A stretch of 64,000 nt of DNA. Source: Chrysomallon squamiferum (lineage: Eukaryota; Animalia; Mollusca). The translations under genes and the position numbers were made by a program. Where the stretch lies: positions 5,704,001-5,768,000 of the forward strand of contig CM022666.1 in assembly GCA_012295275.1 (NCBI GenBank), given 5' to 3'. Below, piece after piece: positions 39,133 through 52,950 of this stretch (position 1 is the stretch's first letter; the number at the start of each line of letters is the position of its first letter). The notes under the pieces were generated by a model, which was not told the origin of the DNA, ran no database searches, and saw only the letters and a program-made list of their open reading frames with translations.

Positions 39133-40699
39133 TAGCAAGAGGGAGAAAGTAACATTTTTATATGGGGGATGGAGAGGGGAGAGAGAGAGAATGACAGAGA
39201 AATTATAAAATAGAGTCAGTTTCAAAGATAGATAGGGAGAGAACAAAAAAATATATTTAGAGTGAGAGAGAGAGCGAGAGAGAGGAGACAGAGAGAGAGG
39301 CAGAGAGAGAGAGAGAGAGAGAGAGAGCAGTCATAAAACAGTAACTACAGATGGTTTTGTGGTTCTCTGGCATGGTGGTGAATTTCTTCTGAACATGTGA
39401 TGTACACAGTATATTTATCATGTAATAACACTGTGCACTCTTGAAATTCAATAGTTAACACATTTATATATATACATATATATATGCATGCACTGTCATG
39501 TTGTAACACCTTTGTTTTCCTTCACTGTAATGAGAAATGACTAGAGTACAGCTAGCACAATTTGAACTGAAATTCACCTCTCATTAGTCATGTAAATTAG
39601 TTTAAATAGCTCCAAAACAGCAAAAGTAAACCTCATTGCATTATTTTTTGCTGGTTCAAATCATAATAAAATCTTTGATGTAATAGGGGTGGATTTTTTG
39701 TTTAGTCATGTCAATTCCAGGGACATACCACTTCAGAGAACCATTTAGTCTATTTCCCATACTAGTTGGTACTCCTTGACTACAGTATTTTAATTTTTTG
39801 TAATAATGGGTCATTTTGTGTAGCCTGTTATTTGATTTGTTTTATCAAAATGGATTGTGACATTATTAAACATTCATTTGTTTGTTTGTGCATTCATTTG
39901 ATTTACAGTTCCTGTTCATGATTCAGTCAAATGAAACCATCTATCTGTTATATATTAGGCCAAAAAGTATTTCTTTTCAATATTATTAGATCTTGAAGTA
40001 TTTGTGTCTTCATGGATCCTGATACGTAGGCAGTCTATGACATAAATCCCACCTGTTTTGATGCAGCAGATTAATAGCTGACACATATTAGTATTATTTA
40101 TCATGAAGCAAGTTCTAAGTACACAAAGTCATTTTAAGAAAAACATTTGGTAAAAACATGGGTTGATATGAATAATGTTGTTTTGGGGGTTATGGGGGTT
40201 TTGCTTCTTTTTTTTTTTTGCTGATGTCATAAATGGTATTCTAGGACTACAGATTATTGAAAATAAAGAATGTATTTCCTACTATGATAGCAGTTCAAAA
40301 TAATGGTACTTATTATCTCTTATCATCAACCCTGCAGATTTGGCCTTGATCTGTTCCTGTTAGATTTTCTGTTTAGCATGGTATTTGATTACGTTTTTCC
40401 TGTTTATTATGTTACAGTTTTGTTTGTCTTGGAAATAAATCTTCTTTTTTATTTTTTTGGCATGTTTTAATATTTGTGAAAATTAACTGAAGAAGAAAAT
40501 AGTTATTTTTGTTACTTTATTATTATTTTTTTTAAAGTTTTTTTATTTTGTTGTTACTGGTTTTATTAAATTAAGAAAAGTCTAATGCAGCACTTTGTTA
40601 TGTAGCATGCCTGTCTTTATGAGGTATGAATTTATTTGGCTAGGCACTCTACAGTGTTATAACAACAGACAACTTCTTTATCTTCTTTAAATCTATTCA

Positions 40700-41420
40700 G
40701 CTAATGTAGTTAATTTCAGAGTTAATGTTGTTTGATTGGTTGTCTTACAGAGTTCATGTTCTTTGCTTCCTTATTTCAACCTTGTTGATATTCTTTACTT
40801 GATTATCTTAAACAAGTTTTTGTTCTCTCTTTGGTTATCTCAACAGGATTAATGTTCTTTACTTAATAATCTCAACAGAGTTAATGGTCTTTACGTGGTT
40901 ATCTTAACAAGAGTTAATGTTCTTTGACATTTACCTCAGCAGAGTTATTGTTCTTTATTTGGTAAGTTGGTTATCTTAAAAGAGTTAATGTTGTTTACTT
41001 GGTTATCTTACAGAGTTAATGCCCTTTATCTGGTTATCTTACAGAGTTAATGTTCTTTATCTGGTTATCTTACAGAGTAAATGTTCTTTATCTGGTTATT
41101 TTACAGAGTTAATGTTCTTTATCTGGTTAGCTTACAGAGTTAATGTTCTTTATCTGGTTTTACAGAGTTAATGTTCTTTATCTGGTTATCTTACAGAATA
41201 AATGTTCTTTATCTGGTTATCTTACAGAGTTAATGTTCTTTATCTGGTTATCTTACAGAGTTAATGTTCTTTATCTGGTTTTACAGAGTTAATGTTCTTT
41301 ATCTGGTTATCTTACAGAGTTAATGTTCTTTACTTGGTTATCTTAACAGAGTTTCTGTTTTTTATCTGGTTATATCTGAAAGGAATTAATGTGTTTACTT
41401 AGTTATTTCAGTGGAATTAA
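40700..41420. repeat. 31-bp minisatellite (with 28-bp variants), about 20 copies
   Basis: Unit TTACAGAGTTAATGTTCTTTATCTGGTTATC; homogeneous core 41005-41350 with decayed flanks. Confidence 0.92.
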
Positions 41421-42208
41421 TATCTTCTTACTTATTATTGATGGATTTTAATTGTTCTTCAATTTGTTGTCAAAATGCTGGTAACATTTTATATTTAATG
41501 TAAATGAACAGTTTTATCTGAATTTCATCATCATTTAACATTTATTTTGTGTGTTTGTTTGTGTGCATATACCTGTGTATGTGTTTATGCATATGTATGT
41601 ACGTCTATCTGTATTAATATACATTTATAAAATAACTCATAATCTTCACTTACAAAGGATGTGGTGTTGAATATTTTTTTTTTTTTTTTTTTTTTTTCCT
41701 TTTTTTTAAAATTTTTTTTAGAATTATCATTTATAATAAAAGTCATTTTGAAAATTGCACTTTAATAACAGAAAGTAGATTTATTACATTTTGTTATTCG
41801 TAATAATTGCTTTATTTCTTTTTTTTTTTTACTTTACAAATGGCATCTTGCTGGATATAATAGACTGGTTGCATGCTTTTAAAGGACTGGTTTTCTTCTG
41901 TTGCCATAGAAATTTCTTTTCTTTATAGTGAATTAAACAGAATTTTGTATTTTTTACATTTAGTTATTATTATTATTATTGTTATTATTGTTGTTGTAGT
42001 TATTCTTTTTATTTATTTCATTATTGTTATTACTATTATTAATTTAATAAAATGAATTTTAGTTTATATTTAATAAAATCTTAGAATTAACTCACTATAG
42101 TACTCTTGATTTAATAAATATTTAATAAAGTAGATTAATAATAATAACAATAATAAAATTTACACCAGTACTAATGAACACAGTTTAATTTTATAAATAA
42201 TAATTATC

Positions 42209-42246
<38 letters not shown>

Positions 42247-42789
42247 TTATTATTTTTATTATTATCATCAAAAACTACTATATTTTAGAGTAGTTTACCA
42301 ATAATTTCAATTATAAATATTCTAATAAGCTGTAATAAAAAAAAATATATCTGTTAAAATTTATGATATTCAGACATTTATGTAAATAAATATTTAAATC
42401 TTGTGTCAATTATTTAATTTGATTAAATTTACACATTGTTATAGCTATTAAACATAAATCAAATATGTTATTTAACAATTTATATCTGAATATAAAAAAA
42501 CATTTTATCATTGGTCAGTTGATTACTGGTCACTGTGTCCTTGATATGTCACTAAATATTAAAAATGATTTACTTATTATTATTATTATTATTGCTGTTA
42601 TTATTTTATTATTATTACTATTGCTATTATTCTTATTATTATTATCATTATCGTTATCATTATCATATTATTATCATTATTATCATTATTATCATTATTA
42701 TTTTACCTAATCCCTTCTTTATAACTGTCAGCAATCCTCTCTCATTACAAGAGTCACAAAAATAATTTTTATTAAAAATTTTATCACAG

Positions 42790-42968
42790 ATTTAAGACAG
42801 GACTTTACTCTCTCGGATGAATTTCGTCAAAAACACTATCTCGTTGGTCTCCTACTCTTTGAACTCAAACAAGCCCTGAAGGAGCCGAGAGAGCTGAGAA
42901 GAAGTGCAATCACAGTCCTGCGAAACCAACTTGCCAAACACTCCTTCGACGACCGTTACAAGTCTAAG
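42790..42968 (+). CDS. DOCK9: DOCK-D exon 28
   Basis: DLRQDFTLSDEFRQKHYLVGLLL...LAKHSFDDRYKSK. Confidence 0.93.
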
Positions 42969-43579
42969 GTAGGAGTTCACTGACTCAGCATGCTTAATTG
43001 TAAGTCAGTTGCCTGAAATGTGAGGCAATCCAGGATCTAGCCTTCTTGGTATACCCACTGATTCTTTTCAGTCTCTTTCAAACTGTATCAGATGGGTGGG
43101 GTATGTGAATTCCTAGCATGTAGAACATAATATAAAATTGACTTTGCCTTGAAATAAAAAAAACAAAAGTAGTAATAATAATATAGAATAGTTCATCATA
43201 TGAAAGCAGAGTGTATTTTTTTTTCTTTCTCGTAATCATTATAATTTTTGACCACACATCTGTGTATCTAGCTAGCTAGCACACATGGAGACACACACAC
43301 TGATGTACATGATAAAATAAAACATTAAATAAAATGTTACTTAATTCATACCCAGGATTTGAATGCAGCACATAATCATTACAAAGTCTGAATGCATAAT
43401 TTCTACACCATTTAAGGCTAATACAGTACAACTCTCTAGAATTCAACCCGAAATGATCCCAAATTCCCTCAAAAGAGATAATATTAATCCATATTTTAAT
43501 ACTTAAACCTTTTGGATTCCTCAAGGAATGTTTGAAGAAGTGTAGAGTGTTTAACTTTTTCTTTGTTTTGACCTTTCAG

Positions 43580-43799
43580 TCACAGCAGGGTCGCATTGCT
43601 GCTCTCTACCTGCCTCTGATTGGCCTTCTGCTTGAGAACAAACAGAGGCTGACAAAGGACACACACAGTCCTCACCATCCACCAAAACCTGAGACCAACA
43701 GCGATGCCAGGAGTCAGAGAGCAAACAGTGTCGTGGCAGTGTCGGTTGCCAGTGACGACGGCAGACCAGCGTCCAAAGTCCTTGAAATGATTTCCGGTG

Positions 43800-43802
<3 letters not shown>
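43580..43802 (+). CDS. DOCK9: DOCK-D exon 29
   Basis: SQQGRIAALYLPLIGLLLENKQRL...VLEMISGV. Confidence 0.93.
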
Positions 43803-44229
<427 letters not shown>

Positions 44230-44474
44230 TAGAGTGACAGACAGAAAGGGGTTCAGAGAGAGAAAGTAAGAGAGAAAGAGAGAGAGAGAGCGATAAACAA
44301 AAAGGGTTTAAGAGAGAGAGAAACTAAAGGAGAGGGAGAGTGAGAGATTTTTTTCACCTATTTAATTGAAGTGCATGAGAAAATAAATTAATAATTTTGA
44401 AAAAAAAAAAAAAAAAAAAAACACCAGCAATTTAGCAATATTGACATTTTTCAAAAGACACTGTATTGTTTCAG

Positions 44475-44601
44475 TAGCCATGCCAATGAATCTGACCAAC
44501 ATCAGCTTAACAGGTTCATCATTGTTGAATGGTTCCTCCTTGTCTATAGAAAGTGTGACATCAACCGAAGAGACAGAGGGAGAAGCGAGAGGTCACAGAC
44601 G
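44475..44601 (+). CDS. DOCK9: DOCK-D exon 30 (NAGNAG acceptor CAGTAG)
   Basis: AMPMNLTNISLTGSSLLNGSSLSIESVTSTEETEGEARGHR, phase 1->2. Confidence 0.88.
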
Positions 44602-45175
44602 GTAAGTAAAATACTTTTTTACATGAAGGTGATCTAAAAAATATGACTAGCTTGTGTTATTTTATGTCAACTATGAAATACTTGATTTTTGAAGTGAGGC
44701 ACAAAAACACTTTTATTTTTGTGATTTAAATTTTGATTTCTGATTTAAAGTTTGCAGTACTTTCATTGTGGGATTTCACACTTCTACAATTTTTGTAATT
44801 TAAAAATAAGAGATTTGTGATTCTAGGATTTCTTTCTTTGTGGAATTTGAATTTGTGATTTTAAGCTTACAGGAATATTTAAAAAAAAAATGTATCAAGA
44901 TATAAAGTTTGTACAATTTTACTTTGGGATATACAGTTTGAAAGAATTTTTACTTTGGGATTTAAAAAATATAACATATTAGTTTTCATCCCCAGCATCG
45001 AAATCAATTACAGATTGCACAGAGCAAAACATACCTCCCTCTCTGGTCTTTCTATCTTACCTGTAAATTCTATCTGTAAAGGTAAAAGACCTCAGTAGTT
45101 CATTTAATTCTATAATTAATACCAGGAAATGAAGACTTAATAAATTCACCCCAGAAAACATTTTAATTTTAACAG

Positions 45176-45309
45176 AAGCGATTCTACAACAACGCTGACA
45201 GCTGACCAGCCGGCACCAGTGCAGCGTTACCGCTACGACAAACTCGACATCACAGAGATCAAAGATTTGTTACTCTGCTTTCTCTATCTGCTGAGAAACC
45301 TGGAGGATG
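45176..45309 (+). CDS. DOCK9: DOCK-D exon 31
   Basis: SDSTTTLTADQPAPVQRYRYDKLDITEIKDLLLCFLYLLRNLED. Confidence 0.92.
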
Positions 45310-45707
45310 GTATGATGTTGTTTTATTTGTTTGTTTGTTTGTTTCTTTGTTTACCCAGTAATCAATTCTGTTTTGTTGTGCTGAAATATTGTTTGTTATT
45401 TATTTATTTATTTATTTTAGTTTATTAATTTTTTTTTATTAATTCCATAGTATTATTATGTTATTAATAAACTTGTTGTTACATATACCATGTAGTGGAA
45501 TTAAAGATGTTTTAAATGAGGCACTGTTGAGTAATGATGTTTGATGTCACACTTTTATGGGATGGATGCCCACTTTTTGGATAGATCTGTAAAATCTGAC
45601 TGTCTTGCTCAGTTCTGTCTCTCTTTCATCAATGTGTTGCTTAACTCTTTATCTACCCACATCAGTTATTATTAGTGTTTTATTATTATTATTTGTTTTT
45701 GTTTTAG

Positions 45708-45774
45708 ATATTCTCCTAGCATGGTTCAACAACAGCTCAGAACATGACATAATAGATTTCTTTTCTCTTCTGGG
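45708..45774 (+). CDS. DOCK9: DOCK-D exon 32
   Basis: ILLAWFNNSSEHDIIDFFSLL, phase 1->2. Confidence 0.92.
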
Positions 45775-46355
45775 GTAAGTTGTAGAATTAATCTTTCTCT
45801 CTTTAATGTGCTAAATTTGTTTTCAGTAATGCTGGCCTTTTCTTTTTCTTTCTTTCTTTTTTGTTTTTCAATTTTACATAATTACTAAAATCAGGTTACC
45901 TGTCCTGTCACTTTCCAGTCCATGTTAAGGAGTTCAAACTGGAATGGGAAATAGTTACCCTTTTCGTGTCATTGACAAGATATCTCACCATACTAGAAAA
46001 CCACTGCTTGCAAGATATCTTGACACAATACACTAGCTTACATTAAACCCTATTATGTTACTTATATAATTTCCCCCCAAAATACCAGTCTCTGGGAAAT
46101 ATCCGTTCTGCTAAAATTTGGCACCAAAAGGGTTGAATATAAACACCAAAAATAAGTTCTGTATTGTTTTAAGACTCAGTCTTTTGTCTATATTTGTTTA
46201 CTGTTATATTATAAACAGACTGTGAAATAGGAATTTTTATTTATCATTTTATCTTTGGCACAAGACAATTAATTTGTATTCTGCCCTGACAAGTTTTATG
46301 ATTCACTATCTGTGTTTGTTTTATAAATCTTTTCTTTATTATCTTTTTAAAATAG

Positions 46356-46410
46356 TTTGTGTCTCCATCACTTCCAGTATCAAGGCAGGAAAAAGGATTC
46401 TTGCTCTGAG
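46356..46410 (+). CDS. DOCK9: DOCK-D exon 33 (apparent +1 nt in the A5 run 46390-46394)
   Basis: LCLHHFQYQGRK then KDSCSE as written, or RILAL if one A is removed. Confidence 0.88.
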
Positions 46411-46577
46411 GTAAAAAATCCAAAAAAATAAAAATCAAAGAATTGTTTGGCAAAGATGCATAAATAATAAAAATGTGTTTTAATCAAATGCATATTTCTT
46501 TTTATTTTATTATGAGCTATTTTAATCTTGATTTCTATAAAAATATGTTTTGAAATAAAATTATATATATATAGTGT

Positions 46578-46672
<95 letters not shown>

Positions 46673-46844
46673 TTAATTGGTAACAATATATTTTAAAAAC
46701 TGGAATTCATTCAATTTATTTATTTCTTTATTTCTGTGGGTTTTTTTTATCCCTAAAATGAAATGAAATTAATGTGATTTTTCTTCCTGTTTTGAATGAT
46801 TTTTGTATGTTCTTAACTGGAATGGTGTTTATTCTGGCTTTCAG

Positions 46845-46963
46845 CAAAATTGGAGACTCGCACAAAGCCAAATCTATGCCATCAAGACGACCACAGACAG
46901 CAAGCTGGTCATCCAGCAGAACTCCCAGTGTGTACAGTGAGACTCTGGGAGATGGATTTCATA
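46845..46963 (+). CDS. DOCK9: DOCK-D exon 34 (frame and donor ambiguous)
   Basis: KIGDSHKAKSMPSRRPQTASWSSSRTPSVYSETLGDGFH; donors at 46964 (GTATGT) and 46937 (GTGAGA). Confidence 0.8.
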
Positions 46964-46986
46964 GTATGTTGTTTTTTAACCCTTCA

Positions 46987-47053
<67 letters not shown>

Positions 47054-47106
47054 TATTTTTATTATCATTATTATTATTATTATTACTATTATTTTTATTA
47101 TCATCA

Positions 47107-47137
<31 letters not shown>

Positions 47138-47452
47138 CATCATCATTATTATTATTTATTATTACTACTATTACCATTAATAATAATAATATTATTATTA
47201 CTATTACTATTACTATTATTATTATTACTACTACTATTACTATTAATAATAATATTATTATTATTATTACTATTATTATTACTATTACTATTACTATTAT
47301 TATTTATTATTTAAAAATTATTTTATTTTTATTAGTTATTATTATTTTGTTATTAGTATTATTTATTTTTTATTATCAAAACTGTTATTTGTATCATCAT
47401 CATTTTATTTATTTTTTTATTGTCAAAACATTTTTATCCATCATCTTTTCAG

Positions 47453-47561
47453 ACACTCTTACACTGATACTATGATGAAGGTCCTGCAGGAAGCCAACAT
47501 GGCCACTGAAGTGGGGTTGATAGTACTGGACATTCTCACACAGTACTGTCAGACATTCAAG
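47453..47561 (+). CDS. DOCK9: DOCK-D exon 35
   Basis: HSYTDTMMKVLQEANMATEVGLIVLDILTQYCQTFK; starts in phase 2. Confidence 0.9.
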
Positions 47562-49147
47562 GTATTTCAAAACTTCATAAGACTGGAAGTAGCTGGGTAC
47601 AGCAAAATAATTGGGTATGGGTTAGATGGTGATATAAATGTCAAAAAAAAAAAAAAAAAAAAAAAAAATGGCGTAATATTTCTGTGTGTGTGTGTGTATG
47701 TGTGTGTGTACAATGGACACTGTGAAAACTGGCCTTTGGCCCATACAAATTTCTGTGTAAACTGACATGATTTCAAAGTCCAGTCCAACTATTGTTAATC
47801 TGTTACAAACAAGACCTGTCAATTCTGAATGCTGTTTACAAAGGAATTGAGATGTGAAGTCCACAACAAAACAACAAGTTATATAGTAATTAGTTCTGTC
47901 AACATTAGCAGGTACAATCATTTGTTAAACAATAACGGAAGTTTGCATGTAATTAGGCCACTACTTGAGATGAAAATCACAGTTTTTTGAAGACTTAATA
48001 AACAGTGATGTAATTACTATATGCAGCTGAATGAACAAAATTTTTATTATCTTATGTTAATACCTGTGTGAATTCACTCATTTATATATACTGTCAAAAG
48101 AAATGGCAATGTAGTGAACTTTCAAAAGTAAAATTAATAGAGAAATTTTCATCAAATCCACTGTGTAAATACAAAGGTTTAGACATGCAGGCTTCATGCT
48201 AGGCTAGAAAAATAGGGAGAAGTCACTTATCTCTGTAGACACATTAGGTCGAAGTGAGGTTTTCTAAAGGTGAAATGAGACAAATATGACTAATGAAACA
48301 GAACCATGAACAGAAGTTTTATTTTTATGTCTGCTTATGATTACTTGCAGCCTCTTTCTCAAGTCTCAAACATCTACTTAAATTGGTTTATTAATTGTAA
48401 TCTTTACTGTCAACACCTTATGTTAACCCTGACAGTTTAAAATATGATGACATTTTAAAATGTAGTGACTGTTACTGGTATTTGTATGAAAACAACATTT
48501 TGGCTGAGAGTAAGGACCAGCAGGTTCAGAAATCTGAATGGATTGACAATTCATACAATGACACAGTGGCTGAACTTACATACACTGGTGTTCTTAAAAT
48601 AATTTAAAAATTAACTCTTTTGCTGCTACTACCAAAAACAGAGCTTTACAACTGATGTTACACATGAAGGCCATGACAGAGGAGTTTGCTTTGGAGAGAG
48701 AGAGAGATGAAAAAATTGTGAAAAAAAGTTTGACAAAAATATGAAAAAATTGGTGACAGACTGTTTCTCAGCTGATACTTGATAGATTTTTAACATTTGT
48801 AATAAAACATTCCAATTTTATGTCATTTTAATCTTTTTAAAGCAGTACTTAGTCTAATATGGCATATCTTGTTGGTCCCAAATAAATCAGATTTTGTCAG
48901 AGTCCACTGTATGTGTGTGTGTTTGTGAGAGAGAGAGAAAAAAAAAGAGAGAGAGAGAGAATAGCTAGGGAATAGCTATGTATGTGGAATTTATTAAATA
49001 AAATAAACAAGAAGTTTACAGCAGACAGCTGAACCAACTGTCTGTAATGGTGTGTGTGTGTGTGTGTGTGTGTCTGTGTGTGTGTCTGTGTGTGGTTCTG
49101 TGTGTGTGTATAAACTGTCTGTAATGGCATCTGTCTGTTTTTGACAG

Positions 49148-49285
49148 AAAGACCTGGAGGCGAAGGATGGAGAAAATGCTTTGATGAAAAATGTCTTCCA
49201 GTTGTATCTGTCCTTTCTGAAAACCAGCCAGTCTGAGAGTCTGCAGAAACACGTGTTTGGTGCCTGGAGAGCCTTTATTAAGAAG
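49148..49285 (+). CDS. DOCK9: DOCK-D exon 36
   Basis: [46 protein letters not shown]. Confidence 0.93.
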
Positions 49286-49673
49286 GTATGTCTAGCACTT
49301 GATGATGATGATGATGTAATATTCACTGTGGTGATAATTATAAAAATGCATAAAAATGGTTTCTTGAGAGTATTAGAAATGTATGACTAGTATTTGATGA
49401 TGATGATGATGTGATATTTACTGTGGTCATAATTATAAAAATGCTCAGAAATATATGCTTGGTTTCTGGAGAGTATTAGAAATGTATGACTAGTATTTGA
49501 TGATGGTGATGATGATGATAATGATGGTGATGATTATGATGATGCTACAAAAACAATGGTGATACAGTTTGTGATGAATATTATAAGAACATACAGAAAT
49601 ATATGGTTGGTGTCTGGAAAATGTTTTGAATATTTAACATTAATATCTGTTATTTGTTTATTTTAATTTGTAG

Positions 49674-49730
49674 TTTCAAACAGTTTTGTTCAAAGGAAGT
49701 GCTACTATGTGTGGTGAACTCTGCTATGAG
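49674..49730 (+). CDS. DOCK9: DOCK-D exon 37
   Basis: FQTVLFKGSATMCGELCYE. Confidence 0.93.
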
Positions 49731-50204
49731 GTATGTATATTTAGATATATATATATAGACAGATATAGATATGTTGTATTAAACACTGTGAGATATTAAC
49801 TTGAGTAAAATCCACTTAATACAATGATTTCAGCCTTATATGTTACATAGATACTTACTTATATACACCTGCCATATAAAAATAATGTTGAAAAAGAATC
49901 CATGATATATTGAGTTGGCAGAGCATAATTCTGAGTTTGATTGTTGATTTTCAGTCCTGGGTTTTTATTGTGACAATCTTGAAATGTGGCTATTCCAAAA
50001 TCTTGTAATTTTACAAATATTAAGGAGAAATGATGATTCTTTGTGCGTTGTACTGTGTTGTCTGAGTAAATGTTTTGTGTGTGTGTATTTGTATAGTTAA
50101 AATAATTTGCTGGGAATGCTTTAAACCAACCTAAAGATGACAACAAGAATATTTTGTTAATGAAAATTTTAATTTGAAAATAATTTGAGTAATGTCTGTT
50201 TCAG

Positions 50205-50330
50205 ATTTTGAGATGCTGCAGCTCAAAACTAAACTCAACAAGACGAGAGGCTTGTGCCTTACTGTACCTGCTCATGAGAACCAATTTTGAGTTCTCAAAC
50301 AAAAAAAGTTTTACTCGAGTTCATCTACAG
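50205..50330 (+). CDS. DOCK9: DOCK-D exon 38
   Basis: [42 protein letters not shown]. Confidence 0.93.
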
Positions 50331-50665
50331 GTTAGTAGGATTTTTTAAAATTTTAAATTAATTTAAATAAAATGAAAATTTGTTGATGAATGTTTGTTAT
50401 TGTTTACTCAGAATAATCTGCAGGTTTGTGAATTATTTTATTTTATTTTATTTTATTCATTTATTTATTTTAGTTTACTTTTTTATTTGTTTATTTATTT
50501 TAGTTTAGTTTATTTTTGTATTTTTATTTTATTTTTACATCAATTAATATTTATTTTTATTTTTTTTTTTTATATATATATATATATTTTTTTTATTATT
50601 ATTATTATGTTCTTTTCATGTTTATTATTTTAATTTATTTTCTTGAATCAATTTGCAGATCACTT

Positions 50666-50707
<42 letters not shown>

Positions 50708-52505
50708 CAATACAATTTTTATTATTATTTTCCATAATTCATGTGCTTAGATTAGCTTAAAATTACTTAAAATTACAAAGCACTTTCATATGTAACAATT
50801 TGCTGTTTTTATAATAAATGAAATATTTATAAATTTAATTAAATTGAACATATAGATTTTTTTCTGTTTTTCTCATTTGAAATATTATCTCTGTTATTAA
50901 GACATGTATAGTTATTTACAGTAGAAAACAGATTTGTTTAGTAGTGTGTTTTTTCAATTCCAGTTCGAAATAGTGGTATGAGTCTAAAAATTATTTATTT
51001 CCCAACATTTCTTTTCTTAAACTGTTATTAAAAAGATTTTTAAAAGTGACAACCATTTTTTTCCATTTGTCTTAACAATTTGAATTTTATCAGATAGTTG
51101 CAATATGGTTTAATGTTTTTTTGGTTTTATTTTAACATGTCAAAGAAAGGTTTAATATTTTGAATTTTTGCATCTGGTCAGAATATGGTTTAATGTTTTA
51201 AATAATTTTTTGACTTCTAATTATAATGGTTTAATATTTTAAATTTTAATATGTCAAAATGTTGTTTAATGTTTTAAATAATTTTTTGACTTCTAATTAT
51301 AATGGTTTAATATTTTAAATTTTAATATCTCAAAATGTTGTTTAATGTTTTAATTAATTTTGACAAGTCTAAAAATGGTTTAATATTTAAAAGTTTTATA
51401 TCTTGTGAGAATATGCCTTGAACTTTTAAAAGATTTTAAGGTCATAATGTCACTTAATATTTTAAGTAATTTTAACATCTCAAAATATTGTTTAAGATTT
51501 AAATAATTTTAAAACATAGATGTTAATGTATTGAAACATGTCAAAATATAGTTTCATATTTTATAATTTGGCTTTAAAGTAATAATTTTTTGGGGTTAAT
51601 CTGGGCTTTCAAACATTAACATTAAAATTCATGAGAAAAGCCTTGAGAGTGTTGGGTTGCAGGTTCATTCCTTGATAAGTGACCATAGAAACATGAATAA
51701 AAGATTTTTGCTTTTAATTGGTAAAAAACATTATTGCTTTCATATTGTCATCACAATTTTTTTTTTGTTTTTTTTTTTTTTTTTTTGCATTGTATAAAAA
51801 AAAAATATATGTTAACTGATAAAATTCCTTCAACATTCAAAATAGTTTTTAATAAGTTAAATCAGAACTGAATTCATTTTTTTAAAATTCATTTAACAAT
51901 CAGGATCTGGTATATTTGGGATGGTTTATTCCCGATTCTGGCATTGCCAAATCTGGCAGTGAGATTATAACACATCTTGACTGGACATGCCAGTTGTTCC
52001 ACTTCTGGCAGTTTATTTCTCACCCTTACTGATTGGTGTTCCAACACCTTAACTGATGGCCCATCACCTTAATTGATGTATTTTTGTTAAACAGTATTTT
52101 GTCTACAATTTGAAAGCACATTCAGTCAAACAAAATGTCCCAGAAAGCACACCTCCTCAAGCTGACATATATTGCTTAACCGATCTTGTTAACCCCACAC
52201 GTCTATATTGGTAGTATTTTCTGTCTCCAGATTTTACTGAGATACAACATTAATTTCATTTTTCCAAACATTGATTTTCTTGCAATCTCTATTCCGACTC
52301 ACCTCTGCTCTTCACTGCTCATTAAGGTTAATCTTGTTAATCGCCCCCACTGTTTTTCACACATCTCGTTATCCCCATTGCGTCTAAATAGGCCTTAATT
52401 GCTCACGCCATTTCTGGAAGCGAATTAGAACACAACACCGCTTACCTAATCTGGAAGCTGCCAGTTTGGGAAACATACCTTTGGGATGGTAGAGAATATT
52501 TTATT

Positions 52506-52541
<36 letters not shown>

Positions 52542-52950
52542 TTATTTATAATTACTATTTTATTAGAATTAACAATTTTTGTATTTATATATATATTTTT
52601 AGATACAGAAATTTTCTTTTTTTCTATTGTAAATGTAACTGATAATAAATAAATAAATAAATAAATTAATTAATTAATTTGTAACGTAACTTTCACTAAT
52701 AATGATTTTGAATTATCTTAAATTACACACGCATTTATTAAAATTGTCCAGAGTAAAAAAAAACTAAAATAAATAAAAAATAAATAAATAAATAAATAAA
52801 TAAATAAATTACTTAATTAATAATAACAAAATAATCAAAATAACTATTTTAAAAATAAAATCAAGTAATCATTTTTTTTTTTTAATAACTGGAGTGATCT
52901 CATCTTTATGTTTTTTGACCTTTTTAATTAAGTTTTATTTAAATTTTTAG

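Noticed and set aside
40700-41420. CRISPR-like 31-bp repeat array
   Set aside because: No unique spacers, no cas genes, eukaryotic intron; it is a minisatellite. The same applies to the 47- and 61-bp arrays.
46964-47452. Stop-free 489-nt (3n) intron suggesting in-frame retention
   Set aside because: Openness comes from (TTA)n repeats, and the frame stops at 47473-47475 anyway.
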